Assembly (NCBI RefSeq): GCF_009914755.1
Contig: NC_060925.1
From: the human T2T-CHM13v2.0 reference genome, Homo sapiens
Strand: one strand, 5' to 3'
Length of the DNA: 64,000 nt
The notes under the pieces were generated by a model, which was not told the origin of the DNA, searched no databases, and was given only the letters and a program-made list of their open reading frames with translations. Within the stretch, counting starts at the first letter, position 1. Each line of letters opens with the position of its first letter. Shown in pieces: positions 14,101-27,700 of this stretch. Position numbers and translations under genes: made by a program.

Positions 14101-17100
14101 CGAATGGAATCATCGAATGGACTCGAATGGAATAATCATTGAACGGAATCGAATGAATCATCATAGGATGGAAACGAATGGAATCATCATCGAATGGAAT
14201 CGAATGGGATCATCAAATGGAATCAGATGGAATCATCATCAAATGGAATCGAATAGAATTATGGAATGAAATCCAATGTGATCATCATTGAATGGACTCG
14301 AATGGAATCATCATCCAATGGAAACTAATGGTATCAACATCGAATGGAATCGAATGGAAACACCATCGAATTGAAACGAATGGAATTATCATGAAATTGA
14401 AATGGATGGACTCATCATCGAATGGATTCGAATGGAATCATCGAATGAAATTGATTGAAATCATCATCAAATGGAATCGAAAGGAATCATTGAATGGAAT
14501 CGAATGGAATCATCATCAGATGGAAATGAATGGAATCATCATAGAATGGAATCCAATGGATTCATTGAGTGAAATCAGATGGAATCATCGAATGGACTTG
14601 AATACAATCGTTGAATGGACTCGAATGGAATCATTATTGAATGGAATTGAATAGAATCATCGAATGGTCTCGAATGGAATCATTATCAAATGAAGTCGAA
14701 TGGAATCACCGAATAGAATCGAATGGAACAATCATCGAATGGACTCAAATGGAATTATCCTCAAATGGAATCAAATGGATTTATGGAATGAAATAGAATG
14801 GAATTATCGAATGCAATCGAATAGAATCATCGAATGGACTCGAATGGAATCATCGAGTGGAATGCAATGGATTAATCCATGGACTCGAGTTCAATCACCA
14901 TCGAATACAATCGAACGGAGTCATTGAATCGACTCAAATGGAATAATCATTGAATGGAATCGAATGGAATCATCGAGTGGAATCGAATGGAATCATGATC
15001 AAATGGAATCGAATGTAATCATCATGAAATGGAATCAAAAATAAACATCATCAATTGGTATTGAATGGAATTGTCATCCAATGGAATTCAAAGGAATCAT
15101 CATCAAATGGAACCGAATGGAATCCTCATTGAATGGAAATGAAAGGAGTCATCATCTAATGGAATCGCATGGAATCATCATCAGATGGAATCGAATGGAA
15201 TCATCATCAAATGGAATCTAATGGAATCATTGAACGGAATTGAATGGAATCGTCATCGAATGAATTGAATGCAATCAACGAATGGTCTCGAATGAAACCA
15301 CATCCAAATGGAATGGGATGGAATCATCGCATAGAATCGAATGGAATTATCATCGAATGGACTCGAATGGAATCAACATCAAACGGAATCAAACGGAATT
15401 ATCGAATGGAATCGAAGAGAATCATCGAATGGACTCGAATGGAATCATCTAATGGAATGAAATGGAAGAATCCATGGACTCGAATGCAATCATCATCGAA
15501 TGGAATCGAATGGAATCATTGAATGGAATCATCATCAGATGGAAATGAATGGAATCATCATAGAATGGAATGGAATGGATTCATTGAATGGAATCAGATG
15601 GAATCATCGAATGGACTTGAATGGAATCATTGAATGGATTCGAATGGAATCATTATTGAATGGAATTGAATGGAATCTTCGAATGGTCTCGAATGGAATC
15701 ATTATCAAATGGAATCGAATGGAATCACCGAATAGAATCGAATGGAACAATCATCGAATGGACTCAAATGGAATTATCCTCAAATGGAATCGAATGGAAT
15801 TATCGAATGCAATCGAATGCAAAAATCGAATGCAATCGAATAGAATCATCGAATGGACTTGAAAGGAATCATCGATTGAAATGCAATGGAATAGTCAATG
15901 AACTCGAATGGAATCATCATTGAATGGAATCATCGAGTGGAATCGAATGGAATCATGATAAAATGGAATAGAAAGTAATCATCATCAAATGGAATCAAAA
16001 ATAACCATCATCAATTGTTATTGAATGGAATTGTCATCAAACGGAATTCAAAGGAATCATCATCAAATGGGCCGAATGGAATCCTCATTGAATGGAAATG
16101 AAAGGAGTCATCATCTAATGGAATCGCATGGAATCATCATCAAATGGAATCGAATGGAATCATCATCAAATGGAATCTAATGGAATCATTGAACGGAATT
16201 GAATGGAATCGTCATCGAATGAATTGAATGCAATCAACGAATGGTCTCGAATGGAACCACCTCCAAATGGAATGGAATGGAATCATCGCATAGAATCGAA
16301 TGGAATTATCATCGCATGGACCCGAATGGAATCAACATCAAACGGAATCAAACGGAATTATCGAATGGAATCGAAGAGAATCATCGAACGGACTCGAATG
16401 GAATCATCTAATGGAATGGAAAGGAAGAATCCATGGACTCGAATGCAATCATCATCGAATGGAATCGAATGGAATCATCGAATGGACTCGAATGGAATAA
16501 TCATTGAGCGGAATCGAATGGATTCATCTTCGGATGGAAACGAATGGAATCATCATCGAATGGAATCGAATGGGAACATCAAATGGAATCAGATGGAATC
16601 ATCATCAAATGGAATCCAATAGAATTATGGAATGAAATCCAATGTGATCATCATTGAATGGACTCGAATGGAATCATCATCCAATGGAAACTAATGGAAT
16701 CAACATCGAATGGAATAGAATGGAAACACCATCGAATTGAAACGAATGAAATTATCATGAAATTGAAATGGATGGACTCATCATCGAATGGATTCGAATG
16801 GAATCATCGAATGAAATTGATTGAAATCATCATCAAATGGAATCGAAAGGAATCATTGAATGGAATCGAATGGAATCATCATCAGATGGAAATGAATGGA
16901 ATCATCATAGAATGGAATCGCATGGATTCATTGAATGGAATCAGATGGAATCATCAAATGGACTTGAATGGAATCGTTGAATGGACTCGGATGGAATCAT
17001 TATTGAATGGAAGTGAATAGAATCATCGAATGGTCTCGAATGGAATCATTATCAAATGAAGTCGAATGGAATCACCGAATAGAATCGAATGGAACAATCA

Positions 17101-20100
17101 TCGAATGGACTCAAATGGAATTATCTTCAAATTTAATCAAATGGATTTATCGAATGCAATCGAATGGAATTATCGAATGCAATCGAAGAGAATCATCGAA
17201 TGGACTCGAATGGAATCATCGAATGCAATGCAATGGATTAATCCATGGACTCGAATTCAATCACCATCGAATTCAATCGAATGGAGTCATTGAATCGACT
17301 CAAATGGAATAATCATTGAATGGAATCGAATGGAATCATCGAGTGGAATCTAATGGAATCATGATCAAATGGAATCGAATGTAATCATCATCAAATGGAA
17401 TCAAAAATAAACATCATCAATTGGTATTGAATGGAATTGTCATCAAATGGAATTCAAAGGAATCATCATCAAATGGAACCGAATGGAATCCTCATTGAAT
17501 GGAAATGAAAGGAGTCATCATCTAATGGAATCGCATGGAATCATCATCAAATGGAATCGAATGGAATCATCATCAAATGGAATCTAATGGAATCATTGAA
17601 CGGAATTGAATGGAATCGTCATCGAATGAATTGAATGCAATCAACGAATGGTCTCGAATGGAACCACCTCCAAATGGAATGGAATGGAATCATCGCATAG
17701 AATCGAATGGAATTATCATCGAATGGACTCGAATGGAATCAACATCAAACGGAATCAAACGGAATTATCGAATGGAATCGAAGAGAATCATCGAACGGAC
17801 TCGAATGGAATCATCTAATGGAATGGAATGGAAGAATCCATGGACTCGAATGCAATCATCATCAAATGGAATCGAATGGAATCATCGAATGGACTCGAAT
17901 GGAATAATCATTGAGCGGAATCGAATGGATTCATCATCGGATGGAAACGAATGGAATCATCATCGAATGGAATCGAATGGGATCATCAAATGGAATCAGA
18001 TGGAATCATCATCAAATGGAATCGAATAGAATTATGGAATGAAATCCAATGTGATCATCATTGAATGGACTCGAATGGAATCATCATCCAATGGAAACTA
18101 ATGGAATCAACATCGAATGGAATCGAATGGAAACACCATCGAATTGAAACGAATGGAATTATCATGAAATTGAAACGGATGGACTCATCATCGAATGGAT
18201 TCGAATGGAATCATCGAATGAAATTGATTGAAATCATCATCAAATGGAATCGAAAGGAATCATTGAATGCAATCGAATGGAATCATCATCAGATGGAAAT
18301 GAATGGAATCATCATAGAATGGAATCGCATGGATTCATTGAATGGAATCAGATGGAATCATCGAATGGACTTGAATGGAATCGTTGAATGGACTCGGATG
18401 GAATCATTATTGAATGGAATTGAATAGAATCATCGAATGGTCTCGAATGGAATCATTATCAAATGAAGTCGAATGGAATCACCGAATAGAATCGAATGGA
18501 ACAATCATAGAATGGACTCAAATGGAATTATACTCAAATAGAATCGAATGGAATTATCGAATGCAATCGAATTTAATTATCGAATGCAATCGAATAGAAT
18601 CATCGAATGGACTTGAAAGGAATCATCGATTGAAATGGAATGGAATAGTCAATGAACTTGAATGGAATCAACATTGAATTGAATCATCGAGTGGAATCGA
18701 ATCTAATCATGATCAAATGGAATCGAATGTAATCATCATCAAATGGAATCAAAAATAACCATCATCAATTGGTATTGAATGGAATTGTCATCAAACGGAA
18801 TTCAAAGGAATCATCATCAAATGGGACCGAATGGAATCCTCATTGAATGGAAATGAAAGGTGTCATCATCTAATGGAATCGCATGGAATCATCATCAAAT
18901 GGAATCGAATGGAATCATCATCAAATGGAATCTAATGGAATCATTGAACGGAATTGAATGGAATCGTCATCGAATGAATTGAATGCAATCAACGAATGGT
19001 CTCGAATGGAATCATCTCCAAATGGAATGGAATGGAATCATCGCATAGAATCGAATGGAATTATCATCGAATGGACTCGAATGGAATCAACATCAAACGG
19101 AATCAAACGGAATTATCGAATGGAATCGAAGAGAATCATCGAACGGACTCGAATAGAATCATCTAATGGAATGGAATGGAAGAATCCATGGACTCGAATT
19201 CAATCATCATCGAATGGAATCGAATGGAATCATCGAATGGACTCGAATGGAATAATCATTGAACGGAATCGAATGGAATCATCATCGGATGGAAACGAAT
19301 GGAATCATCATCGAATGGAATCGAATGGGATCATCAAATGGAATCAGATGGAATCATCATCAAATGGAGTCGAATAGAATTATGGAATGAAATCCAATGT
19401 GATCATCATTGAATGGACTCGAATGGAATCATCATCCAATGGAAACTAATGGAATCAACATCGAATGGAATCGAATGGAAACACCATCGAATTGAAACGA
19501 ATGGAATTATCATGAAATTGAAATGGATGGACTCATCATCGAATGGATTCGAATGGAATCATCGAATGAAATTGATTGAAATCATCATCAAATGGAATCG
19601 AAAGGAATCATTGAATGGAATCGAATGGAATCATCATCAGATGGAAATGAATGGAATCATCATAGAATGGAATCGAATGGATTCATTGAATGGAGTCAGA
19701 TGGAATCATCGAATGGACTTGAATGGAATCGTTGAATGGACTCGAATGGAATCATTATTAAATGGAATTGAATAGAATCATCGAATGGTCTCGAATGGAA
19801 TCATTATCAAATGAAGTCGAATGGAATCACCGAATAGAATCGAATGGAACAATCATCGAATGGACTCAAATGGAATTATCCTCAAATGGAATAAAAAGGA
19901 TTTATCGAATGCAATCGAATGGAATTATCGAATGCAATCGAATAGAATCATCGAATGGACTCGAATGGAATCATCGAGTGGAATGCAATGGATTAATCCA
20001 TGGACTCGAATTCAATCACCATCGAATACAATCGAATGGAGTCATCGAATCGACTCAAATGGAATAATCATTGAATGGAATCGAATGGAATCATCGAGTG

Positions 20101-21770
20101 GAATCGAATGGAATCATGATCAAATGGAATCGAATGTAATCATCATCAAATGGAATCAAAAATAAACATCATCAATAGGTATTGAATGGAATTGTCATCA
20201 AACGGAATTCAAAGGAATCATCATCAAATGGAACCGAATGGAATCCTCATTGAATGGAAATGAAAGGAGTCATCATCTAATGGAATCGCATGGAATCATC
20301 ATCAAATGGAATCGAATGGAAACATCATCAAATGGAATCTAATGGAATCATTGAGCGGAATTGAATGGAATCGTCATCGAATGAATTGAATGCAATCAAC
20401 GAATGGTCTCGAATGGAACCACCTCCAAATGGAATGGAATGGAATCATCGCATAGAATCGAATGGAATTATCATCGAATGGACTCGAATGGAATCAACAT
20501 CAAACGGATTCAAACGGAATTATCAAATGGAATCGAAGAGAATCATCGAACGGACTCGAATGGAATCATCTAATGGAATGGAATGGAAGAATCCATGGAC
20601 TCGAATGCAATCATCATCGAATGGAATCGAATGGAATCATCGAATGTACTCGAATGGAATAATCATTGAACGGAATCGAATGAATCATCATCGGATGGAA
20701 ACGAATGGAATCATCATCGAATGGAATCGAATGGGATCATCAAATGGAATCAGATGGAATCATCATCAAATGGAATCGAATAGAATTATGGAATGAAATC
20801 CAATGTGATCATCATTGAATGGACTCGAATGGAATCATCATCCAATGGAAACTAATGGTATCAACATCGAATGGAATCGAATGGAAACACCATCGAATTG
20901 AAACGAATGGAATTATCATGAAATTGAAATGGATGGACTCATCATCGAATGGATTCGAATGGAATCATCGAATGAAATTGATTGAAATCATCATCAAATG
21001 GAATCGAAAGGAATCATTGAATGGAATCGAATGGAATCATCATCACATGGAAATGAATGGAATCATCATAGAATGGAATCGAATGGATTCATTGAGTGAA
21101 ATCAGATGGAATCATCGAATGGACTTGAATACAATCGTTGAATGGACTCGAATGGAATCATTATTGAATGGAATTGAATAGAATCATCGAAAAGTCTCGA
21201 ATGGAATCATTATCAAATGAAGTCGAATGGAATCACCGAATAGAATCGAATGGAACAATCATCGAATGGACTCAAATGGAATTATCCTCAAATGGAATCA
21301 AATGGATTTATGGAATGAAATAGAATGGAATTATCGAATGCAATCGAATAGAATCATCGAATGGACTCGAATGGAATCATCGAGTGGAATGCAATGGATT
21401 AATCCATGGACTCGAATTCAATCACCATCGAATACAATCGAATGGAGTCATCGAATCGACTCAAATGGAATAATCACTGAATGGAATCGAATGGAATCAT
21501 CGAGTGGAATCGAATGGAATCATGATCAAATGGAATCGAATGTAATCATCATCAAATGGAATCAAAAATAAACATCATCAATAGGAATTGAATGGAATTG
21601 TCATCAAACGGAATTCAAAGGAATCATCATCAAATGGAACCGAATGGAATCCTCATTGAATGGAAATGAAAGGAGTCATCATCTAATGGAATCGCATGGA
21701 ATCAACATCAAATGGAATCGAATGGAATCATCATCAAATGGAATCTAATGGAATCATTGAACGGAATTGA
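11111..21770 (+). repeat. Higher-order repeat copy 2 (8 monomers, 10660 bp)
   Basis: Lengths 1321+1406+1406+959+1407+1348+1407+1406. Variants recur at +10660/+10661 (ORFs 12358/23018, 13838/24498, 15244/25904, 16203/26864, 17610/28271). Confidence 0.88.
17610..18957 (+). repeat. A-left/B-right hybrid monomer (1348 bp; sisters at 28271 and 31026)
   Basis: Has A markers (GGGATCATC, CCAATGTG, GAAGTCG) followed by the B tail (GACTTGAAAGG...ATAGTCAATG); length 1407-59. Confidence 0.85.
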
Positions 21771-24700
21771 ATGGAATCGTCATCGAATGAATTCAATGCA
21801 ATCAACGAATGGTCTCGAATGGAACCACCTCCAAATGGAATGGAATGGAATCATCGCATAGAATCGAATGGAATTATCATCGAATGGACTCGAATGCAAT
21901 CAACATCAAACGGAATCAAACGGAATTATGGAATGGAATCGAAGATAATCATCGAATGGACTCGAATGGAATCATCTAATGGAATGGAATGGAAGAATCC
22001 ATGGTCTCGAATGCAATCATCATCGAATGGAATTGAATGGAATCATCGAATGGACTCGAATGGAATAATCATTGAATGGAATCGAATGGAATCATCATCG
22101 GATGGAAACGAATGGAATCATCAAATGGAATCAGATGGAATCATCATCAAATGGAATCGAATAGAATTATGGAATGAAATCCATTGTGATCATCATCGAA
22201 TGGACTCGAATGGAATCATCATCCAATGGAAACTAATGGAATCAACATCGAATGGAATCGAATGGAAACACCATCGAATTGAAACGAATGGAATTATCAT
22301 GAAATTGAAATGGATGGACTCACCATCGAATGGATTCGAATGGAATCATCGAATGAAATTGATTGAAATCATCATCAAATGGAATCGAATGGAATCATTG
22401 AATGGAATCGAATGGAATCATCATCAGATGGAAATGAATGGAATCATCATAGAATGGAATCGAGTGGATTCATTGAATGGAATCAGATGGAATCATCGAA
22501 TGGACTTGAATGGAATCATTGAATGGACTCGAATGGAATCATTATTGAATGGAATTGAATGGAATCATCGAATGGTCTCGAATGGAATCATTATCAAATG
22601 GAATCGAATGGAATCACCGAATAGAATCGAATGGAACAATCATCGAATGGACTCAAATGGAATTATCCTCAAATGGAATCGAATGGAATTATCGAATGCA
22701 ATCGAATGCAAAAATCGAATGCAATCGAATAGAATCATCGAATGGACTTGAAAGGAATCATCGATTGAAATGCAATGGAATAGTCAATGAACTCGAATGG
22801 AATCATCATTGAATGGAATCATCGAGTGGAATCGAATGGAATCATGTGCAAATGGAATCGAAAGTAATCATCATCAAATGGAATCAAAAATAACCATCAT
22901 CAATTGGTATTGAATGGAATTGTCACCAAACGGAATTCAAAGGAATCATCATCAAATGGAGCCGAATGTAATCCTCATTGAATGGAAATGAAAGGAGTCA
23001 TCATCTAATGGAATCGCATGGAATCATCATCAAATGGAATCGAATGGAATCATCGCCAATGGAATATAACGGAAGCATTGAACGGAATTGAATGGAATCG
23101 TCATCGAATGATTGAATGCAATCAACGAATGGTCTCGAATGGAACCACATCCAAATGGAATGGAATGGAATCATCGCATAGAATCGAATGGAATTATCAT
23201 CGAATGGACTCGAATGGAATCAACATCAAACGGAATCAAACGGAATTATCGAATGGAATCGAAGAGAATCATCGAACGGACTCGAATGGAATCATCTAAT
23301 GGAATGGAATGGAAGAATCCATGGACTCGAATGCAATCATCATCGAATGGAATCGAATGGAATCATCGAATGGACTCGAATAGAATAATCATTGAACGGA
23401 ATCGAATGGAATCATCATCGGATGGAAACGAATGGAATCATCATCGAATGGAATCGAATGGGATCATCAAATGGAATCAGATGGAATCATCATCAAATGG
23501 AATCGAATAGAATTATGGAATGAAATCCAATGTGATCATCATTGAATGGACTCCAATGGAATCATCATCCAATGGAAACTAATGGAATCAACATCGAATG
23601 GAATCGAATGGAAACACTATCGAATTGAAACGAATGGAATTATCATGAAATTGAAATGGATGGACTCATCATCGAATGGATTCGAATGGAATCATCGAAT
23701 GAAATTGATTGAAATCATCATCAAATGGAATCGAAAGGAATCATTGAATGGAATCGAATGGAATCATCATCAGATGGAAATGAATGGAATCATCATAGAA
23801 TGGAATCGCATGGATTCATTGAATGGAATCAGATGGAATCATCGAATGGACTTGAATGGAATCGTTGAATGGACCCGAATGGAATCATTATTGAATGGAA
23901 TTGAATAGAATCATCGAATGGTCTCGAATGGAATCATTATCAAATGAAGTCGAATGGAATCACCGAATAGAATCGAATGGAACAATCATCGAATGGACTC
24001 AAATGGAATCATCTTCAAATGGAATCAAATGGATTTATCGAATGCAATCGAATGGAATTATCGAATGCAATCGAATAGAATCATCGAATGGACTCGAATG
24101 GAATCATCGAATGGAATGCAATGGATTAATCCATGGACTCGAATTCAATCACCATCGAATACAATCGAATGGAGTCATCGAATCGACTCAAATGGAATAA
24201 TCATTGAATGGAATCGAATGGAATCATCGAGTGGAATCGAATGGAATCATGATCAAATGGAATCGAATGTAATCATCATCAAATGGAATCAAAAATAAAC
24301 ATCATCAATAGGTATTGAATGGAATTGTCATCAAACGGAATTCAAAGGAATCATCATCAAATGGAACCGAATGGAATCCTCATTGAATGGAAATGAAAGG
24401 AGTCATCATCTAATGGAATCGCATGGAATCATCATCAAATGGAATCGAATGGAATCATCATCAAATGGAATCTAATGGAATCATTGAGCGGAATTGAATG
24501 GAATCGTCATCGAATGAATTGAATGCAATCAACGAATGGTCTCGAATGGAACCACCTCCAAATGGAATGGAATGGAATCATCGCATAGAATCGAATGGAA
24601 TTATCATCGAATGGACTCGAATGGAATCAACATCAAACGGAATCAAACGGAATTATCAAATGGAATCGAAGAGAATCATCGAACGGACTCGAATGGAATC

Positions 24701-27700
24701 ATCTAATGGAATGGAATGGAAGAATCCATGGACTCGAATGCAATCATCATCGAATGGAATCGAATGGAATCATCGAATGGACTCGAATGGAATAATCATT
24801 GAACGGAATCGAATGAATCATCATAGGATGGAAACGAATGGAATCATCATCGAATGGAATCGAATGGGATCATCAAATGGAATCAGATGGAATCATCATC
24901 AAATGGAATCGAATAGAATTATGGAATGAAATCCAATGTGATCATCATTGAATGGACTCGAATGGAATCATCATCCAATGGAAACTAATGGTATCAACAT
25001 CGAATGGAATCGAATGGAAACACCATCGAATTGAAACGAATGGAATTATCATGAAATTGAAATGGATGGACTCATCATCGAATGGATTCGAATGGAATCA
25101 TCGAATGAAATTGATTGAAATCATCATCAAATGGAATCGAAAGGAATCATTGAATGGAATCGAATGGAATCATCATCAGATGGAAATGAATGGAATCATC
25201 ATAGAATGGAATCGAATGGATTCATTGAGTGAAATCAGATGGAATCATCGAATGGACTTGAATACAATCGTTGAATGGACTCGAATGGAATCATTATTGA
25301 ATGGAATTGAATAGAATCATCGAATGGTCTCGAATGGAATCATTATCAAATGAAGTCGAATGGAATCACCGAATAGAATCGAATGGAACAATCATCGAAT
25401 GGACTCAAATGGAATTATCCTCAAATGGAATCAAATGGATTTATGGAATGAAATAGAATGGAATTATCGAATGCAATCGAATAGAATCATCGAATGGACT
25501 CGAATGGAATCATCGAGTGGAATGCAATGGATTAATCCATGGACTCGAGTTCAATCACCATCGAATACAATCGAACGGAGTCATTGAATCGACTCAAATG
25601 GAATAATCATTGAATGGAATCGAATGGAATCATCGAGTGGAATCGAATGGAATCATGATCAAATGGAATCGAATGTAATCATCATCAAATGGAATCAAAA
25701 ATAAACATCATCAATTGGTATTGAATGGAATTGTCATCAAATGGAATTCAAAGGAATCATCATCAAATGGAACCGAATGGAATCCTCATTGAATGGAAAT
25801 GAAAGGAGTCATCATCTAATGGAATCGCATGGAATCATCATCAGATGGAATCGAATGGAATCATCATCAAATGGAATCTAATGGAATCATTGAACGGAAT
25901 TGAATGGAATCGTCATCGAATGAATTGAATGCAATCAACGAATGGTCTCGAATGAAACCACATCCAAATGGAATGGGATGGAATCATCGCATAGAATCGA
26001 ATGGAATTATCATCGAATGGACTCGAATGGAATCAACATCAAACGGAATCAAACGGAATTATCGAATGGAATCGAAGAGAATCATCGAATGGACTCGAAT
26101 GGAATCATCTAATGGAATGAAATGGAAGAATCCATGGACTCGAATGCAATCATCATCGAATGGAATCGAATGGAATCATTGAATGGAATCATCATCAGAT
26201 GGAAATGAATGGAATCATCATAGAATGGAATGGAATGGATTCATTGAATGGAATCAGATGGAATCATCGAATGGACTTGAATGGAATCATTGAATGGATT
26301 CGAATGGAATCATTATTGAATGGAATTGAATGGAATCTTCGAATGGTCTCGAATGGAATCATTATCAAATGGAATCGAATGGAATCACCGAATAGAATCG
26401 AATGGAACAATCATCGAATGGACTCAAATGGAATTATCCTCAAATGGAATCGAATGGAATTATCGAATGCAATCGAATGCAAAAATCGAATGCAATCGAA
26501 TAGAATCATCGAATGGACTTGAAAGGAATCATCGATTGAAATGCAATGGAATAGTCAATGAACTCGAATGGAATCATCATTGAATGGAATCATCGAGTGG
26601 AATCGAATGGAATCATGATAAAATGGAATAGAAAGTAATCATCATCAAATGGAATCAAAAATAACCATCATCAATTGTTATTGAATGGAATTGTCATCAA
26701 ACGGAATTCAAAGGAATCATCATCAAATGGAACCGAATGGAATCCTCATTGAATGGAAATGAAAGGAGTCATCATCTAATGGAATCGCATGGAATCATCA
26801 TCAAATGGAATCGAATGGAATCATCATCAAATGGAATCTAATGGAATCATTGAACGGAATTGAATGGAATCGTCATCGAATGAATTGAATGCAATCAACG
26901 AATGGTCTCGAATGGAACCACCTCCAAATGGAATGGAATGGAATCATCGCATAGAATCGAATGGAATTATCATCGCATGGACCCGAATGGAATCAACATC
27001 AAACGGAATCAAACGGAATTATCGAATGGAATCGAAGAGAATCATCGAACGGACTCGAATGGAATCATCTAATGGAATGGAAAGGAAGAATCCATGGACT
27101 CGAATGCAATCATCATCGAATGGAATCGAATGGAATCATCGAATGGACTCGAATGGAATAATCATTGAGCGGAATCGAATGGATTCATCTTCGGATGGAA
27201 ACGAATGGAATCATCATCGAATGGAATCGAATGGGAACATCAAATGGAATCAGATGGAATCATCATCAAATGGAATCCAATAGAATTATGGAATGAAATC
27301 CAATGTGATCATCATTGAATGGACTCGAATGGAATCATCATCCAATGGAAACTAATGGAATCAACATCGAATGGAATAGAATGGAAACACCATCGAATTG
27401 AAACGAATGAAATTATCATGAAATTGAAATGGATGGACTCATCATCGAATGGATTCGAATGGAATCATCGAATGAAATTGATTGAAATCATCATCAAATG
27501 GAATCGAAAGGAATCATTGAATGGAATCGAATGGAATCATCATCAGATGGAAATGAATGGAATCATCATAGAATGGAATCGCATGGATTCATTGAATGGA
27601 ATCAGATGGAATCATCAAATGGACTTGAATGGAATCGTTGAATGGACTCGGATGGAATCATTATTGAATGGAAGTGAATAGAATCATCGAATGGTCTCGA

